A stretch of 63,990 nucleotides of DNA, filler included, from a bacterium (GTDB taxonomy: Bacteria > JBBIVP01), in the NCBI GenBank assembly GCA_037439705.1. It is 3 parts of 3 records of this genome, joined end to end, with 100 filler letters (N's around TTAATTAATTAA, not from the genome) between each part and the next. Parts side by side here need not be neighbours in the genome. Positions count along the whole stretch, not along the records: positions 1 to 26,246 come from JBBIVP010000007.1; positions 26,347 to 50,925 come from JBBIVP010000008.1; 1 more part is not named here. One strand, written 5' to 3'. Positions within the stretch are counted from its first letter, which is position 1. Every line of letters starts with the position of its first letter. The translations under genes were made by a program, and so were the position numbers. Of this stretch, positions 18,102 through 28,968 are shown one piece after another. The notes beneath the pieces were generated by a model. That model was not told where the DNA came from. It worked only from the letters and a program-made list of their open reading frames with translations, and ran no database searches.

Positions 18102-19315
18102 TTTCCCGTGATTGATTTCAGGTAATCAACTATTTTCTGAACGCTTTCTTTCTCCTCAGGAGGGTCATTTGTGTATTTAAGGTATTCCTCATATTCCTTT
18201 ATTGCCTCGTTGAACATCCCCCTCTGGTAATAAATAACCGCTAAGTTGTAGTGAGGTCGGTCAAAGGTAGGGTCTGCCTGAATGGCAAGTTGATAGAACT
18301 TCATTTCCTCATCGGAATTATTTGAAAGTTTAACACCTTCATTGTACCATTTTTCTGCAAGTCTTCTGTCATACTGGGTTGGGGGCGTTTCAACCTCTTT
18401 TCCCTTAAGCTGACTGAGAAAGAATTTAACCTTAAGTTTCTTTTCTTCATCCTTTGAGTATTTCAGAAATTCCTCAAAATACATAACTGCAGTTTCCTTT
18501 TGTCCTCTGTTTGCATATATTATGCCGAGGTTGTAATAGGCATCTGCTATTGTTGGGTCAATTTCAATTGTTTTTCTGTAATAGGAAATCTCCATATCCG
18601 AACCATCCGAGAGTTCAACCCCCTTGTTGTAATAATAAAGGGCATTTTCTCCGGGCTTTGTAATCTGTTTTTCAAGCAATCTATATGTTGCCTCATCTTC
18701 TTTTGTTGTTTTTGGAGGAGGTGGTGGAAGGACTGGTGGAGATGGTGGAGGAGAAGATTTTTTTTGAACTACCGGTGGCGGTGGACCTGTGGGTTTTTTG
18801 ATGGTCTTTTGAGACGGTTTTTCTTCCGAAGATGGTGCATATCTTTTTACAGAAATCGCAGTTTTTTTAACAACCTCTTCAATGGCAACGAACAATCCAG
18901 TAGAACTGCCAACAACCTTTACTGCGTCAATAATTTTTTCATCCTTAACAGAGGAGATATATGTATTGATTCTTACCTGATCACCAATCTTCTGAAAATC
19001 TCCGAAGATCATTATTGCAGCACCCGTTTTCTCTCCTACAATCCTCGCAGCCTTTAAAGGCAGTATGGATTCGTCAATCCCCGTATCGGAAATTGCCTTT
19101 TTGATTTCCTGGCTCCCAATGATATAAAATTTTTCATCCCTTGCAATTTCAAGAAGTATCTCTTTCGGAATTTCATCTTCAAGGTATTTAAGGGTCTGGT
19201 CCCTTGACAGATTAACAAATGGCATTGCTCCAACCTTTATCCTTTGTGCATAAACTCCCTCATTCAGAAGAAAGAGGAGTCCCCCCATCCCTATCAATAA
19301 CTTGCAAACCTTCAT
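18098..19315 (-). CDS. Exported protein with CsgG/FlgO-like N-terminal domain, Pro-rich linker and TPR repeats
   Basis: Signal peptide, VGAMPFVNLS, PPPP tracts, AYYNLGIIY / PHYNLAVIY TPRs. Confidence 0.7.
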   Translation of the reverse strand: MKVCKLLIGMGGLLFLLNEGVYAQRIKVGAMPFVNLSRDQTLKYLEDEIPKEILLEIARDEKFYIIGSQEIKKAISDTGIDESILPLKAARIVGEKTGAAIMIFGDFQKIGDQVRINTYISSVKDEKIIDAVKVVGSSTGLFVAIEEVVKKTAISVKRYAPSSEEKPSQKTIKKPTGPPPPVVQKKSSPPPSPPVLPPPPPKTTKEDEATYRLLEKQITKPGENALYYYNKGVELSDGSDMEISYYRKTIEIDPTIADAYYNLGIIYANRGQKETAVMYFEEFLKYSKDEEKKLKVKFFLSQLKGKEVETPPTQYDRRLAEKWYNEGVKLSNNSDEEMKFYQLAIQADPTFDRPHYNLAVIYYQRGMFNEAIKEYEEYLKYTNDPPEEKESVQKIVDYLKSITGK

Positions 19316-19347
19316 ATTATATTATTATATCAATTTTGAAAATAAAA

Positions 19348-20559
19348 TCAAATCCATTCCAGAAGCCATTTCCAGACAGGAAAAATCCGAATTTTATATC
19401 CCGCCTCTTTGATTTCTGCTTCCTGATTGTAAGTAAGAATTATTCCATCTTTTATTTTGAAGTATCTGATTGCTTCTATCAACCCGCTTATTTCTCTCTT
19501 TTTATTTTTTTCATCCAGTTCCAAGACTACCTGAATGGCCTGTTTTTTATGAACCACAAAGTCACACTCAAACTTGTTTTTAAAATAGTATACCCTATCA
19601 CCCCTTCTCAAAAGCTCAATAAAAACAAGGTTTTCTAAACTTCTGCCCATTTCTTCGCTTCCGAAAGCTATATCGTTCAAATAAAACTTCTTAATTCTTT
19701 CTCTTATTTTATGGGTTCTGAGAAAATGAAAAAATAGGGAAGTTTCAAAATACTCTAAATAATTGTATAGGGTTTTTTTGCTTACAGATACATTCTGCGA
19801 TTTAAGGTAATTATAAAACCTATCAACACTTATTTCTTTCGCATAAGAAGAGATCAAGTATTCAAAAAATCTTTTTACCACATATAAATTTTTTAGATTG
19901 AACCTTTCAACAAGGTCACGGAACAGAACAAGATCTTTGTAATCCCTAACAATTTGTTCTTTTAGCTCTGGTTCTTTGAAAATCTGAGGATATCCACCGA
20001 TTTTCAGGTATTGATTGAATTCAAAAAGAAGTGCATTTTTTTCCTCTGTTGAGAGCAATTTCTTTCTAAATGGAATGCCTTTTATTGATAAAATTTCTCT
20101 AAAGGAAAGGGGAAACAGGGTATAAGCGAGCGTTCTTCCCCTTAATTGAGAAGCGAGTTCTTTGCTCAGCAATTTTGATGAACTGCCCGTTATGAATATG
20201 AAATACCTTTTTTCTTCATAAATCTCCCTTAACCCCTTTTCCCAATTTTTTAAGCTCTGAATCTCGTCAAAAAATATGAACTGTAGTTTTCCAAAGGTTT
20301 GAAGGTGTAAATTGACAATTTCTTTTAAATTCCTGCCGTCAAAATCCAAAAATTGGGGAAGGTCAAAGTCTATGTAAAGAACCTCTTTTCTATCACGGAT
20401 TTTGTTTATTATACTCAAAAGAAAATAAGTTTTTCCCACCCTTCTTGCCCCGATTATGGAGGTTATAAACTCTTTGGTGAATTTTATTTTTAATTCCCTT
20501 TCAAAAGCTTCAAATTGCCTTTTTTGAAAATCAACCAAGTATTGCTGGATGTCCTTCAT
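19348..20559 (-). CDS. AAA+ ATPase, COG1373 type (AAA_14 + DUF4143)
   Basis: GARRVGKT, FFDEIQ, ITGSSSKLL, GGYP, LENLVFIEL, ECDFV, AIQV. Confidence 0.9.
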   Translation of the reverse strand: MKDIQQYLVDFQKRQFEAFERELKIKFTKEFITSIIGARRVGKTYFLLSIINKIRDRKEVLYIDFDLPQFLDFDGRNLKEIVNLHLQTFGKLQFIFFDEIQSLKNWEKGLREIYEEKRYFIFITGSSSKLLSKELASQLRGRTLAYTLFPLSFREILSIKGIPFRKKLLSTEEKNALLFEFNQYLKIGGYPQIFKEPELKEQIVRDYKDLVLFRDLVERFNLKNLYVVKRFFEYLISSYAKEISVDRFYNYLKSQNVSVSKKTLYNYLEYFETSLFFHFLRTHKIRERIKKFYLNDIAFGSEEMGRSLENLVFIELLRRGDRVYYFKNKFECDFVVHKKQAIQVVLELDEKNKKREISGLIEAIRYFKIKDGIILTYNQEAEIKEAGYKIRIFPVWKWLLEWI

Positions 20560-20560
20560 T

Positions 20561-20611
20561 TGTATCCCTCAGGAAACTAATTTTTCATTTTTTTGTTTCC
20601 TTTAGGAAACA
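20561..20611. promoter_or_regulatory. Pair of palindromic boxes upstream of the COG1373 ATPase
   Basis: TGTTTCCT-TT-AGGAAACA (20594-20611) and degenerate TGTATCCC-TC-AGGAAACT (20561-20578); minus-strand TATAAT at 20611-20616. Confidence 0.55.
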
Positions 20612-20628
20612 TTATATAAAAGAAAAAC

Positions 20629-21072
20629 TTATTTTTCAAGATTGAGGAAGAGAAAATTTCCAAGCTCTTTTACCTTCTTTTTCCCTATCCCCCTTATTTC
20701 TATGAGTTCCTCAAGGCTTTTGAATCCACCCTTTTTTTCCCTTAAGTCAATTATTTTCTCTGCCAGGTTATATCCTATTCCAGGAATTGCCACCAAATCA
20801 TCAAGCTCAGCTTCGTTCAGGTCAATTTTGTTTCCGAAAAAAAGCCCCTCCTTTCCGCCTATTTTTCTCATTATAATTTTTTCGCCCTCACACCTTATTT
20901 CTGAAAGGTCGTAAATTTTAGTTTCTTTAAAAGAGCATCTTTCGGAAAAGATAAAGAATGGGGGGTTAGAACACCTGTTTAGAAAAAGGCATCCTCTTTT
21001 CTCATCCTTTTCAAAATAGCCTTTAATAAAAAATGGAATCAAGGTTATAAGAATTAAAGAAACTCCCCTCAA
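20629..21072 (-). CDS. ComEA-like helix-hairpin-helix DNA-binding protein
   Basis: [45 protein letters not shown]. Confidence 0.85.
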   Translation of the reverse strand: MRGVSLILITLIPFFIKGYFEKDEKRGCLFLNRCSNPPFFIFSERCSFKETKIYDLSEIRCEGEKIIMRKIGGKEGLFFGNKIDLNEAELDDLVAIPGIGYNLAEKIIDLREKKGGFKSLEELIEIRGIGKKKVKELGNFLFLNLEK

Positions 21073-22658
21073 TCTACTTTTTTCAATTCCCTTTCAAGGT
21101 AAAGTTTGTAATCTATGCTGTCAACAAGCGCCTGCCAGCTTGCCTCTATAATGTTATGTGATACCCCCACTGTTCCCCATCTCCTTTTTCCATCTCCTGA
21201 TTCAATAAGGACCCTTACCTTTGCTCCTGTTCCCTCGGATTCCGTTAGAACTCTTACCTTGAAGTCTTTAAGTTTTACTTCTTTAAGTTCGGGATAAAAC
21301 TTTTCAAGGGCTTTTCTTAAGGCTTTATCAAGAGCATTCACTGGACCATTTCCCACCGCTACAGTATGCTCTATTTTTCCGTCAACCTCAACCATAACTG
21401 TAGCCTCTGAAAATGGAGCACCTCCTTCCCTTCTTTTGTCATCTATGACTCTAAATGATTTTAGTTTGAAGAATTTTTTGTGGAGTTTGAGATATTTTTT
21501 TATAAGGATTTCTAAAGAGGCTTCAGCATTTTCATACTGATACCCCTCGTGTTCCTTTTCCTTGAGGAGCCTTATGAGTTTTGGAAGAATTGCAGGATTC
21601 TTTTTAATGTCAATTCCCCATCCTTCAGCCTTTTTGATAACGGTTGTCTTTCCCGAAAGTTCGGAGACGAGTATCTTCCTTTTCTGCCCCAGCTTTTCAG
21701 GAGGGACATGTTCGTAGGTAGCAGGATTTTTCGCTATTCCATCTATGTGCAGACCGCCTTTGTGAGCAAATGCGCTTTCTCCCACATAGGGTGCTTTTTT
21801 ATTCAGTGGAAGGTTTGCAGTTTCATAAACAAAAATGGAGAGGTTTCTCAGATTCTTCAGGGCTTCATCGTCAATACATCTGTAGCCCATTTTTAATTGA
21901 AGATTTGGAATAATTGAACAGAGGTCAGCATTTCCGCATCTTTCTCCAATTCCATTTATTGTTCCCTGAACATGCCTTGCTCCGTACTGAACTGCGATAC
22001 AGGTATTTGCCACTGCTGTTCCTGTATCGTTGTGAGCATGGATTCCTATGGAAGTTTTTAAGCTTTTTTTAACCGTTTCAACTGCATCTGCAATTTCCCA
22101 CGGCATACTTCCGCCATTTGTATCGCAGAGAACAATACAATCAGCACCCGCTTCCTCTGCAACAGTTATTGTTTTTAATGCATATTCTCTGTCAATCTTC
22201 AGTCCGTCAAAGAAGTGTTCAGCATCAAAAAAAACCTTTTCAACCCTTTTTTTGAGATAAGATATGGTATCATAAATCATTTTCAGGTTTTCATCGGGTT
22301 CTGTCCTTAAAGCCTCTTTTACCTGCATCAGGGAACTCTTGCCCACCACTGTAATCACGGATGTATCTGCCCTTAAGAGTGCTCTTATCATTTTGTCCTT
22401 TTCCACTGCCTGATTCGGTCTCCTCGTGCTTCCAAAGGCAACGATTGTGCTTTTTTTAATTTTTAACTTTTTTACTTCCTTGAAGTACTCTGTATCTTTT
22501 TTATTTGCTCCCGGCCAGCCCCCCTCTATGTAATGAATGCCAATAGAATCCAATTTTTCAGTTATTGCAAGTTTATCGTAAAGGTTAAATGATATATCTT
22601 CTGCCTGTGCTCCGTCTCTCAGGGTGGTGTCATATATTACTACCAGTTCTTCGGGCAT
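21069..22658 (-). CDS. cimA: Citramalate synthase
   Basis: [57 protein letters not shown]. Confidence 0.9.
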   Translation of the reverse strand: MPEELVVIYDTTLRDGAQAEDISFNLYDKLAITEKLDSIGIHYIEGGWPGANKKDTEYFKEVKKLKIKKSTIVAFGSTRRPNQAVEKDKMIRALLRADTSVITVVGKSSLMQVKEALRTEPDENLKMIYDTISYLKKRVEKVFFDAEHFFDGLKIDREYALKTITVAEEAGADCIVLCDTNGGSMPWEIADAVETVKKSLKTSIGIHAHNDTGTAVANTCIAVQYGARHVQGTINGIGERCGNADLCSIIPNLQLKMGYRCIDDEALKNLRNLSIFVYETANLPLNKKAPYVGESAFAHKGGLHIDGIAKNPATYEHVPPEKLGQKRKILVSELSGKTTVIKKAEGWGIDIKKNPAILPKLIRLLKEKEHEGYQYENAEASLEILIKKYLKLHKKFFKLKSFRVIDDKRREGGAPFSEATVMVEVDGKIEHTVAVGNGPVNALDKALRKALEKFYPELKEVKLKDFKVRVLTESEGTGAKVRVLIESGDGKRRWGTVGVSHNIIEASWQALVDSIDYKLYLERELKKVD

Positions 22659-22661
22659 TAT

Positions 22662-23880
22662 TTATTTTTTCTTCTTTCCGAGTCCAAATGCCTCGTGGAG
22701 GACTCTCACAGCAAGTTCAGTATATTTTTCATCTATAACGCAGGAAATTTTTATTTCAGAAGTGCTTATCATCTGAATGTTTATATTGTTCTGGGCAAGT
22801 GTTTCAAACATCTTTGCTGCTATTCCCGGAGAACTTGCCATTCCTACTCCAACTATTGAGACTTTGGGTATTTTTTCGTGTGAGACAAATCCCTCTGATC
22901 GTATTTCTTTTACCAGGTTCAAGGATTTTCAGGACTTTCTTCAAATCCGTCCTCTGAACGGTAAAGGTAAGATCCGTGTATCCACCTGTGCTCACATTCT
23001 GAACAATCATATCCACATTTATACCCGCTTCTGAAACGGGCTTGAAAAGCTTTGCTGCTATTCCTGGTCTGTCAAGAACCTTCAAAACTGTTACCTTTGC
23101 CTGATTCTTATCGTAGGTTACTGCAGTTACCTCACTTCTTTCCATTTTTTCCTCCTTTACAATCCATGTTCCTTCTTTATCTTTAAAAGATGACCTTACA
23201 TGTATTGGAACTCCATAAAGCATACCAATTTCAACTGACCTCAAATGCATCACCTTTGCACCGAGATTTGCCATTTCAAGCATCTCTTCATAAGAGATTT
23301 TATCAATCAATCTTGCAGAGTCACATATTCTTGGATCGGTTGTATAAACGCCTTCAACATCAGTATAGATTTCACACACATCTGCTTTCAGTGCAGCAGC
23401 CACTGCCACCGCACTTGTATCGGAACCACCTCTTCCCAGAGTGGTTATATCTCCCTTTTCTGTTACCCCCTGAAATCCTGCTATAACAGGAATAATTCCC
23501 TTTTTAATGTCTTCTTTAAGTTTTTTCGTCTCTATTTTTTTAATCTTCGCCCTTGAGTGCATATTATCAGTTATTATTGGAACCTGAAAACCGAGATAGG
23601 ATTTTGCCTTTAATCCCTTTTCCTTTAATGCCATCGCGACGAGTCCTATCGCTACCTGCTCACCCGCAGCCACAACCACATCATATTCCCTTTCGTCAGG
23701 GATTTCCTGGACCTGATTTGTGAGGGCAACCAGTCTGTTCGTCTCACCCGCCATTGCTGAGACTATCAATACTACCTTATTTCCTGCATCCGCTGTTTTC
23801 TTGACTATGTTTGCCACATTTTTTATTCTTTCCACATCTCCAACACTTGTTCCGCCAAATTTCTGAACTACAAGAGCCAT
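22662..23880 (-). CDS. lysC: Aspartate kinase, split by an apparent frameshift near 22915
   Basis: [21 protein letters not shown] in ORF 22804..23880; last ACT domain ([19 protein letters not shown]) in ORF 22662..22922. Confidence 0.9.
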
Positions 23881-23881
23881 T

Positions 23882-24301
23882 TCAACCTCTCCTAAAAATT
23901 TTTATTTTTCTTTTTTCTTCTACTATTTCCATAATTACATGCCATTTGCTCATTTCTAAAATTCTTCTTAAATTTTCAGCCCATTCTACAACAACAACTG
24001 AATTATAATCAAGAATTTCAAAAATTTCTACCTCTAAATTTTCGTCTTCCTTTATTCTGTAAAGGTCAACATGACATAGGTTTAACCTTCCGGGGTATAT
24101 GTTTATCAATGTGAAGGACGGACTTGAAACCTCGTTTTCATCTATCTCCAGCCCTTTTGCAATCCCTTTCACAAAAACGGTCTTTCCTGCTCCCAGTTCA
24201 CCAGTTATTGAAACAATCTCTCCGCCTTTGAGAGCCTGTGAAAAAAGGCTTCCAATTTTTATAGTTTCATCAGGAGAATCTGAAAAAAATAACCCCTCCA
24301 T
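23882..24301 (-). CDS. tsaE: tRNA t6A biosynthesis ATPase TsaE
   Basis: [26 protein letters not shown]. Confidence 0.95.
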   Translation of the reverse strand: MEGLFFSDSPDETIKIGSLFSQALKGGEIVSITGELGAGKTVFVKGIAKGLEIDENEVSSPSFTLINIYPGRLNLCHVDLYRIKEDENLEVEIFEILDYNSVVVVEWAENLRRILEMSKWHVIMEIVEEKRKIKIFRRG

Positions 24302-25853
24302 TTAGCCGATAATTTCTGAAATAACGGAAGGAACAAGTTCAGCCAGTTCTTCCGCTCCAAATCCCCATTTACCAATTTTTTCAGATGCCCTATCCCCTGC
24401 CCTTCCATGTATGTAGATACCTGAGGAAGCGGACTTCCAGGGTTCGTAGCCCTGTGCAAGGAATCCGCCTATGAGTCCTGTGAGCACATCTCCCATTCCT
24501 CCTGATGCCATTCCGGGATTTCCTGTTTGATTGAAATAAACTCTTCCTTCAGGTGTAGAGATTATCGTTCCTGCTCCTTTAAGCACCACATACACGCCAA
24601 ATTTTTTTGCAAATTCAACTGCCACTTCAAGTCTGTTTTTTTGAACCTCCTGTGGAGTGGATGAAATAAGTCTTGCTATTTCTCCGGGATGGGGGGTGAG
24701 GATGATGGGTGCCTTTTTTCTTTTCAAAACATCAAGGTTCTTTGAAAGGGAGTTTATTCCGTCTGCATCAATCACCACAGGGATTTTAGAGTTTTCAACT
24801 ATGTATGAAACCAGTTCCACAGTATCATCGCTTACTCCGATTCCAGGTCCTATTGCCACAGCAGTTTTATCAAGAAGGGCTTTTTCAATTGTAGGAATGT
24901 CCATTGAAATAAATCCGTCTTTATCCTTCAGAGGAAATGTGAGGCTTTCAAGAACCCTTGAATCAACAAATCCTGCAATTGATTCAGGTACCGCAATTGT
25001 AACAAGTCCTGCTCCTGACCTTATTCCTCCCAATGCAGTGAGGCATGCAGCGCCTGTTTTTCCGATTGAACCACAGATAGCAAGGAGGTGTCCGAAGGTT
25101 CCTTTATGAGTATTCTTTTCCCTCGGTTTTAAAATTGAGCGGATGAATTCTTCATCAAGAAGATAACCCGATGGTTCTATCTCTTCAATGAATTCTTTTG
25201 GAAATCCTATGTCCACAATCTCAAGAATTCCGACGAACTGCCTTCCCGGATAGGTGAGGAGTCCCATCTTCGGAAGACCAAATGTAACTGTCAAATGGGC
25301 ATGCACGCATATTCCAAGTGGAACGCCTTTATCTCCTGAAAGCCCTGAGGGAATGTCAACGGATACCCTTATTAGGTTTAAAGAATTAATGAGCTCTATC
25401 ACATCCCTGTAAATTCCCTGAACCTCTGAATCAAGCCCTGTCCCGAAAATTGCATCTACGATGAGTTTTATGTTTTTGTTCCCTATCAATTGTTTCTCAA
25501 TAACATCATAATTTCCATCCGCATATATAATTTCAAAGCCGAGTTTCTCCAGAATTTTGAGATTCACATCCGCATCGCCGATGACCTCATTTCTTTTAGG
25601 AATCAAAATGACTTTTACTTTTTTTCCCATGTTGTGGAGGTGGCGGGCAACTACAAAATCCGTCCCCGCCATTGTTTCCCTTTCCGGCAACCACAACAAT
25701 TTCTCCATTGCGGATTTTTTCTTCAAAATGCTCTATTATTTTTTGGGCGGTCATCCTCCCCGCATTTTCCATGAGGATGAGTCCCGACAGACCGAGTTCT
25801 TCAATGGTTTTTTTATCAAGGGCTCTCATCTCTTTAACGCTCAGGACCTTCAT
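24302..25853 (-). CDS. nnr: Bifunctional NAD(P)H-hydrate epimerase/dehydratase (YjeF), frameshift at ~25655-25658
   Basis: LMENAG, GKGNNGGDG in ORF 25596..25853 continue as FVVARHL, DAIFGTG, LTPHPGE, GGMGDVL in ORF 24302..25726; extra T in a T4 run. Confidence 0.9.
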
Positions 25854-25927
25854 CTTTCAAATCCTCCGATTTTTATTCTAACAGAAAAAAAGGGAAGTTC
25901 AAAATTTAATTTTCTTCTACCCGATTT

Positions 25928-26188
25928 TTATGAACAGTAAATTTTATTAGATTTTACTCTTTCTCGGGATTCTGCGAGGGCAAGATGTTCTTCACAGCAG
26001 TCAGTACCTTCTACTGCGGGAACAAGCCTCTCATCCTCCAGGAAGCAATAAATGCAATATCCATCAAGATCAGGAAGTTTCGGTTCCATCCGGGCGCACC
26101 TTTCACACAATGTGCGGGTCTTATCAGCCAGCCACACTCCACATCTTTCACATCGGCGTTCCTCAAAAATAATCTCTATGAAAAGGGA
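25928..26188 (-). CDS. Small double zinc-finger-like protein; start uncertain
   Basis: Frame open from 26188: CERC-x11-CERC and CIYC-x15-CCEEH motifs. Confidence 0.5.
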   Translation of the reverse strand, partial: SLFIEIIFEERRCERCGVWLADKTRTLCERCARMEPKLPDLDGYCIYCFLEDERLVPAVEGTDCCEEHLALAESRERVKSNKIYCS

Positions 26189-26246
26189 TTATTTCCTCAA
26201 AATAATTGAAATAAGGGCAACCATCCCTTACTCTAAAGAGAAAAAA

Positions 26247-26346
26247 NNNNNNNNNNNNNNNNNNNNNNNNNNNNNNNNNNNNNNNNNNNNTTAATTAATT
26301 AANNNNNNNNNNNNNNNNNNNNNNNNNNNNNNNNNNNNNNNNNNNN
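26247..26346. other. Artificial contig linker
   Basis: N44-TTAATTAATTAA-N44 (stops in all six frames). Confidence 0.98.
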
Positions 26347-27003
26347 GAACTGTGGGATGATAAACTATGGGGGCAGATACCACAATACATTGCCTTCATT
26401 TCAGCAATAACAATGACAGTCGGAAATCTCGCAGCACTCAATCAGAAGAGCGTAAAGAGAATGCTTGCCTATTCAAGCATAGCGCATGCGGGATATATGC
26501 TCATCGGCCTTTCAGCAATGACGAGGTTAGGAATTCACGCGATTTTATTTTATGCACTGGTTTACCTTTTCATGAACTTCGGAGCATTTGCTTCCATTTC
26601 ATATCTTACATCAAGAGGCATGAAGGATGAGATAGAAAGCTACAGGGGTATTGGATGGATATCTCCGGTTTTCGGGGTCACAACAACAATTTTCCTTTTC
26701 TCACTCGTTGGAATTCCGCCTCTTGGAGGATTTGTGGGAAAGCTTCTTATCTTTGCTTCTGCAGTAAAGGAAAAGATGTTTGTTCTTGTGATAATAGGTA
26801 TTTTAAACAGTGTGATATCCCTTTATTACTATGCCTTGATAGTAAAAAAGATGTTTCTTGAAACACCTGCATCCTATCAGGAGTTCAAGCTTTCATTCCT
26901 TGAATCTCTTCTCCTTATTATATGTGCTATTTCAGTAGTTTTTCTCGGCCTCTTCTGGGGAAAACCTTTTCTTTTCCTTGAGAAGGCATTGAATATGTTT
27001 TAA
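26347..27003 (+). CDS. nuoN: NADH-quinone oxidoreductase subunit N, 5'-truncated at contig edge
   Basis: MTVGNLAALNQKSVKRMLAYSSIAHAGY, YLFMNFGAF, SLVGIPPLGGFVGK, NSVISLYYY; frame open from 26347. Confidence 0.9.
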   Translation, partial: ELWDDKLWGQIPQYIAFISAITMTVGNLAALNQKSVKRMLAYSSIAHAGYMLIGLSAMTRLGIHAILFYALVYLFMNFGAFASISYLTSRGMKDEIESYRGIGWISPVFGVTTTIFLFSLVGIPPLGGFVGKLLIFASAVKEKMFVLVIIGILNSVISLYYYALIVKKMFLETPASYQEFKLSFLESLLLIICAISVVFLGLFWGKPFLFLEKALNMF

Positions 27004-27018
27004 TTTAGATTTTAACCC

Positions 27019-28968
27019 TTAAAGGTTTATTTCATCCTTTGAGAAATGCATTCTCTGTTCTGCAGCCTGAAGGATCATTTCAAGCATTCTTGAATATGAG
27101 ATTCCGGCAATTTTTGCCATTTTTGCTAAGTGCCCGTCCCAGCACCAGCCAGGATTGGGGTTGACCTCAAGAAGTCTCGGTTCTCCTTTTGAATTCAATC
27201 TCCAGTCAAAACGAGCGTAATCCCTGCATTCAAGTCTTTCAAAGAGTTTCAAGGAACATTCTATTATAATTTTTTCAGTTTCCTCTGGAAGAACCGCCGG
27301 GATGGAATCAACCTTTCCATATGGCGAATCAGGTAGCCATTTTGCTTCATAACCACATATCTTTGGAAGTTCCGGAGGAAGAGAATAATAATCTTCTTCT
27401 ATTATTGGAAGAATTGTATAGGAATCGGGTGGATTACCTATTATTCCCACGCTCAAATCCTTTCCTGTCAAAAATTCTTCAACGAGAATTGGCTTTTCAT
27501 ATCCAAACTTTTCTCTTATTTCAGAGACCGCGTTGAGGAGTTCTTCATGATTCTTTGCTACACTCCTCTGCGTTATTCCAAAACTTGAATCCCCAAAGTT
27601 GGGTTTCACAATTACGGGAAATTCAAAGGGAATTTGAAATGTCGTATCTTCAGGTTTTATCACCACAGCCCTTGGCACAGGGATTCCCATTTCCCTCGCA
27701 ATTCCTCTGATAAGGGATTTGTCATAACAATGAGCAAGGCAATGGGGTTTTGCACCGGTATAAGGTATTTTCAAAACTCCAAGGAGTGCAGGAATGTGAA
27801 GTTCCTTTCTCGGGTTGTTAAGATAGCCCTCGTCGCAGAGATTTAATATGAAATCAACCTTACCCTTTTCTTTGAGTTTAAGGAGTTCCTGGATGAGGGT
27901 ATCGTGATTTGTAAGATAGGTGAATCTGTAGTAACCTTTCTGCTCTATATCCCTTAATGCTTCTTTTAACTGGTCAATTGTGTAAAGGTCGTCGTCGTCA
28001 AAGATTCCTTTCGGCTTCAACGGGTCTGGTTTTGAAGGGTCTCCCAGAAGAACAACAACTTCTTTTGCTACCTTCTTCTTTATTTTTACAGGCGTCCAGT
28101 TTTTTCTTGCAATGGCAGTAACAATTATTCTTCTCTTCATCATGCCGAGGTCCTGATTCCTTTTTGAGTCTGGGAAGAGTGTACCGTGAAATTGAATCTC
28201 GGCAAATCCAACCGTTTGAAGCAGTCCTTTCAATTTTTCTTTTGTGTAAAGTCTCTCAGCATAAAACTGGTCTACAATTACTCCCTTTTCCACATGGGAT
28301 ATGATTTCCCTTGAAATAAGCCTTTCTCCATCAATGGAGAGTGAGCGTTCTCTACACACAAAATGTTTTTTGTCTATCCATTCCCACGATCTTGGCTGAA
28401 AGTGTTCTTTCAAATACTCACCATCAGAAACATCTATGAGAAGTTTTCCCCATGGTTTTAAAACCTTTAAAACTTCTTTCAACACTTTTAGGTCTTCGTT
28501 AAGGCTATCAAAATATCCAAAACTGTTGCCAAGAATAAGCACAGCATCAAATGTGTCGGGTGGATATGGAAGTTTCCTGGCATCTCCCTCGCGAAACCTT
28601 ATGTTTAATCCATCCTTTTTTGCATTTATTTTTGCTTTCTGGATAAGATAGTGGGAACGGTCAAGGCCATCAATGTTCTGTATTTCTCTTCTTGCAAGTT
28701 CTAAAGAATGCCTTCCATGTCCACAGCAGAGGTCCAGGATTCTGTCTTCAGGAGAAATTTTTAGAATTGAAAGTATTGTATCTACTTCCCTCGCAGTGAT
28801 TTCTCTGTCTTCCACCACATCGCCATCTGTTTTGAGATAAAAAGAGTTAAAGAGCCTTCTCCACCAATCTCTTGGAACATGTTCTTCTAAGTGTTGAACA
28901 GGTCCAAGTGTTCTTACTCCATTTGGTAGTTTTTTTCTTTTTAAAGACTCTTCACTCACTACTTTCAT
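27019..28968 (-). CDS. Fusion: class I SAM methyltransferase + D-Ala-D-Ala-ligase-like ATP-grasp domain
   Basis: ILDLCCGHGRH, GDARKLP; then NLCDEG, IPYTG, VKPNFGDSSFGI, CRDYARFDWR, LEVNPNPG. Confidence 0.85.
   Translation of the reverse strand: MKVVSEESLKRKKLPNGVRTLGPVQHLEEHVPRDWWRRLFNSFYLKTDGDVVEDREITAREVDTILSILKISPEDRILDLCCGHGRHSLELARREIQNIDGLDRSHYLIQKAKINAKKDGLNIRFREGDARKLPYPPDTFDAVLILGNSFGYFDSLNEDLKVLKEVLKVLKPWGKLLIDVSDGEYLKEHFQPRSWEWIDKKHFVCRERSLSIDGERLISREIISHVEKGVIVDQFYAERLYTKEKLKGLLQTVGFAEIQFHGTLFPDSKRNQDLGMMKRRIIVTAIARKNWTPVKIKKKVAKEVVVLLGDPSKPDPLKPKGIFDDDDLYTIDQLKEALRDIEQKGYYRFTYLTNHDTLIQELLKLKEKGKVDFILNLCDEGYLNNPRKELHIPALLGVLKIPYTGAKPHCLAHCYDKSLIRGIAREMGIPVPRAVVIKPEDTTFQIPFEFPVIVKPNFGDSSFGITQRSVAKNHEELLNAVSEIREKFGYEKPILVEEFLTGKDLSVGIIGNPPDSYTILPIIEEDYYSLPPELPKICGYEAKWLPDSPYGKVDSIPAVLPEETEKIIIECSLKLFERLECRDYARFDWRLNSKGEPRLLEVNPNPGWCWDGHLAKMAKIAGISYSRMLEMILQAAEQRMHFSKDEINL

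Noticed and set aside
22900-22930. lysC frameshift as programmed frameshifting
   Set aside because: No clear slippery heptamer; nearby residues also look error-prone; the assembly has several homopolymer indels
25650-25665. nnr split into two ORFs (pseudogene or phase variation)
   Set aside because: One extra T in a T4 run in an otherwise intact housekeeping gene; most likely a sequencing error
26247-26346. TTAATTAATTAA palindrome within Ns (also 50926-51025)
   Set aside because: Artificial six-frame-stop scaffold linker; adjacency across it has no biological meaning
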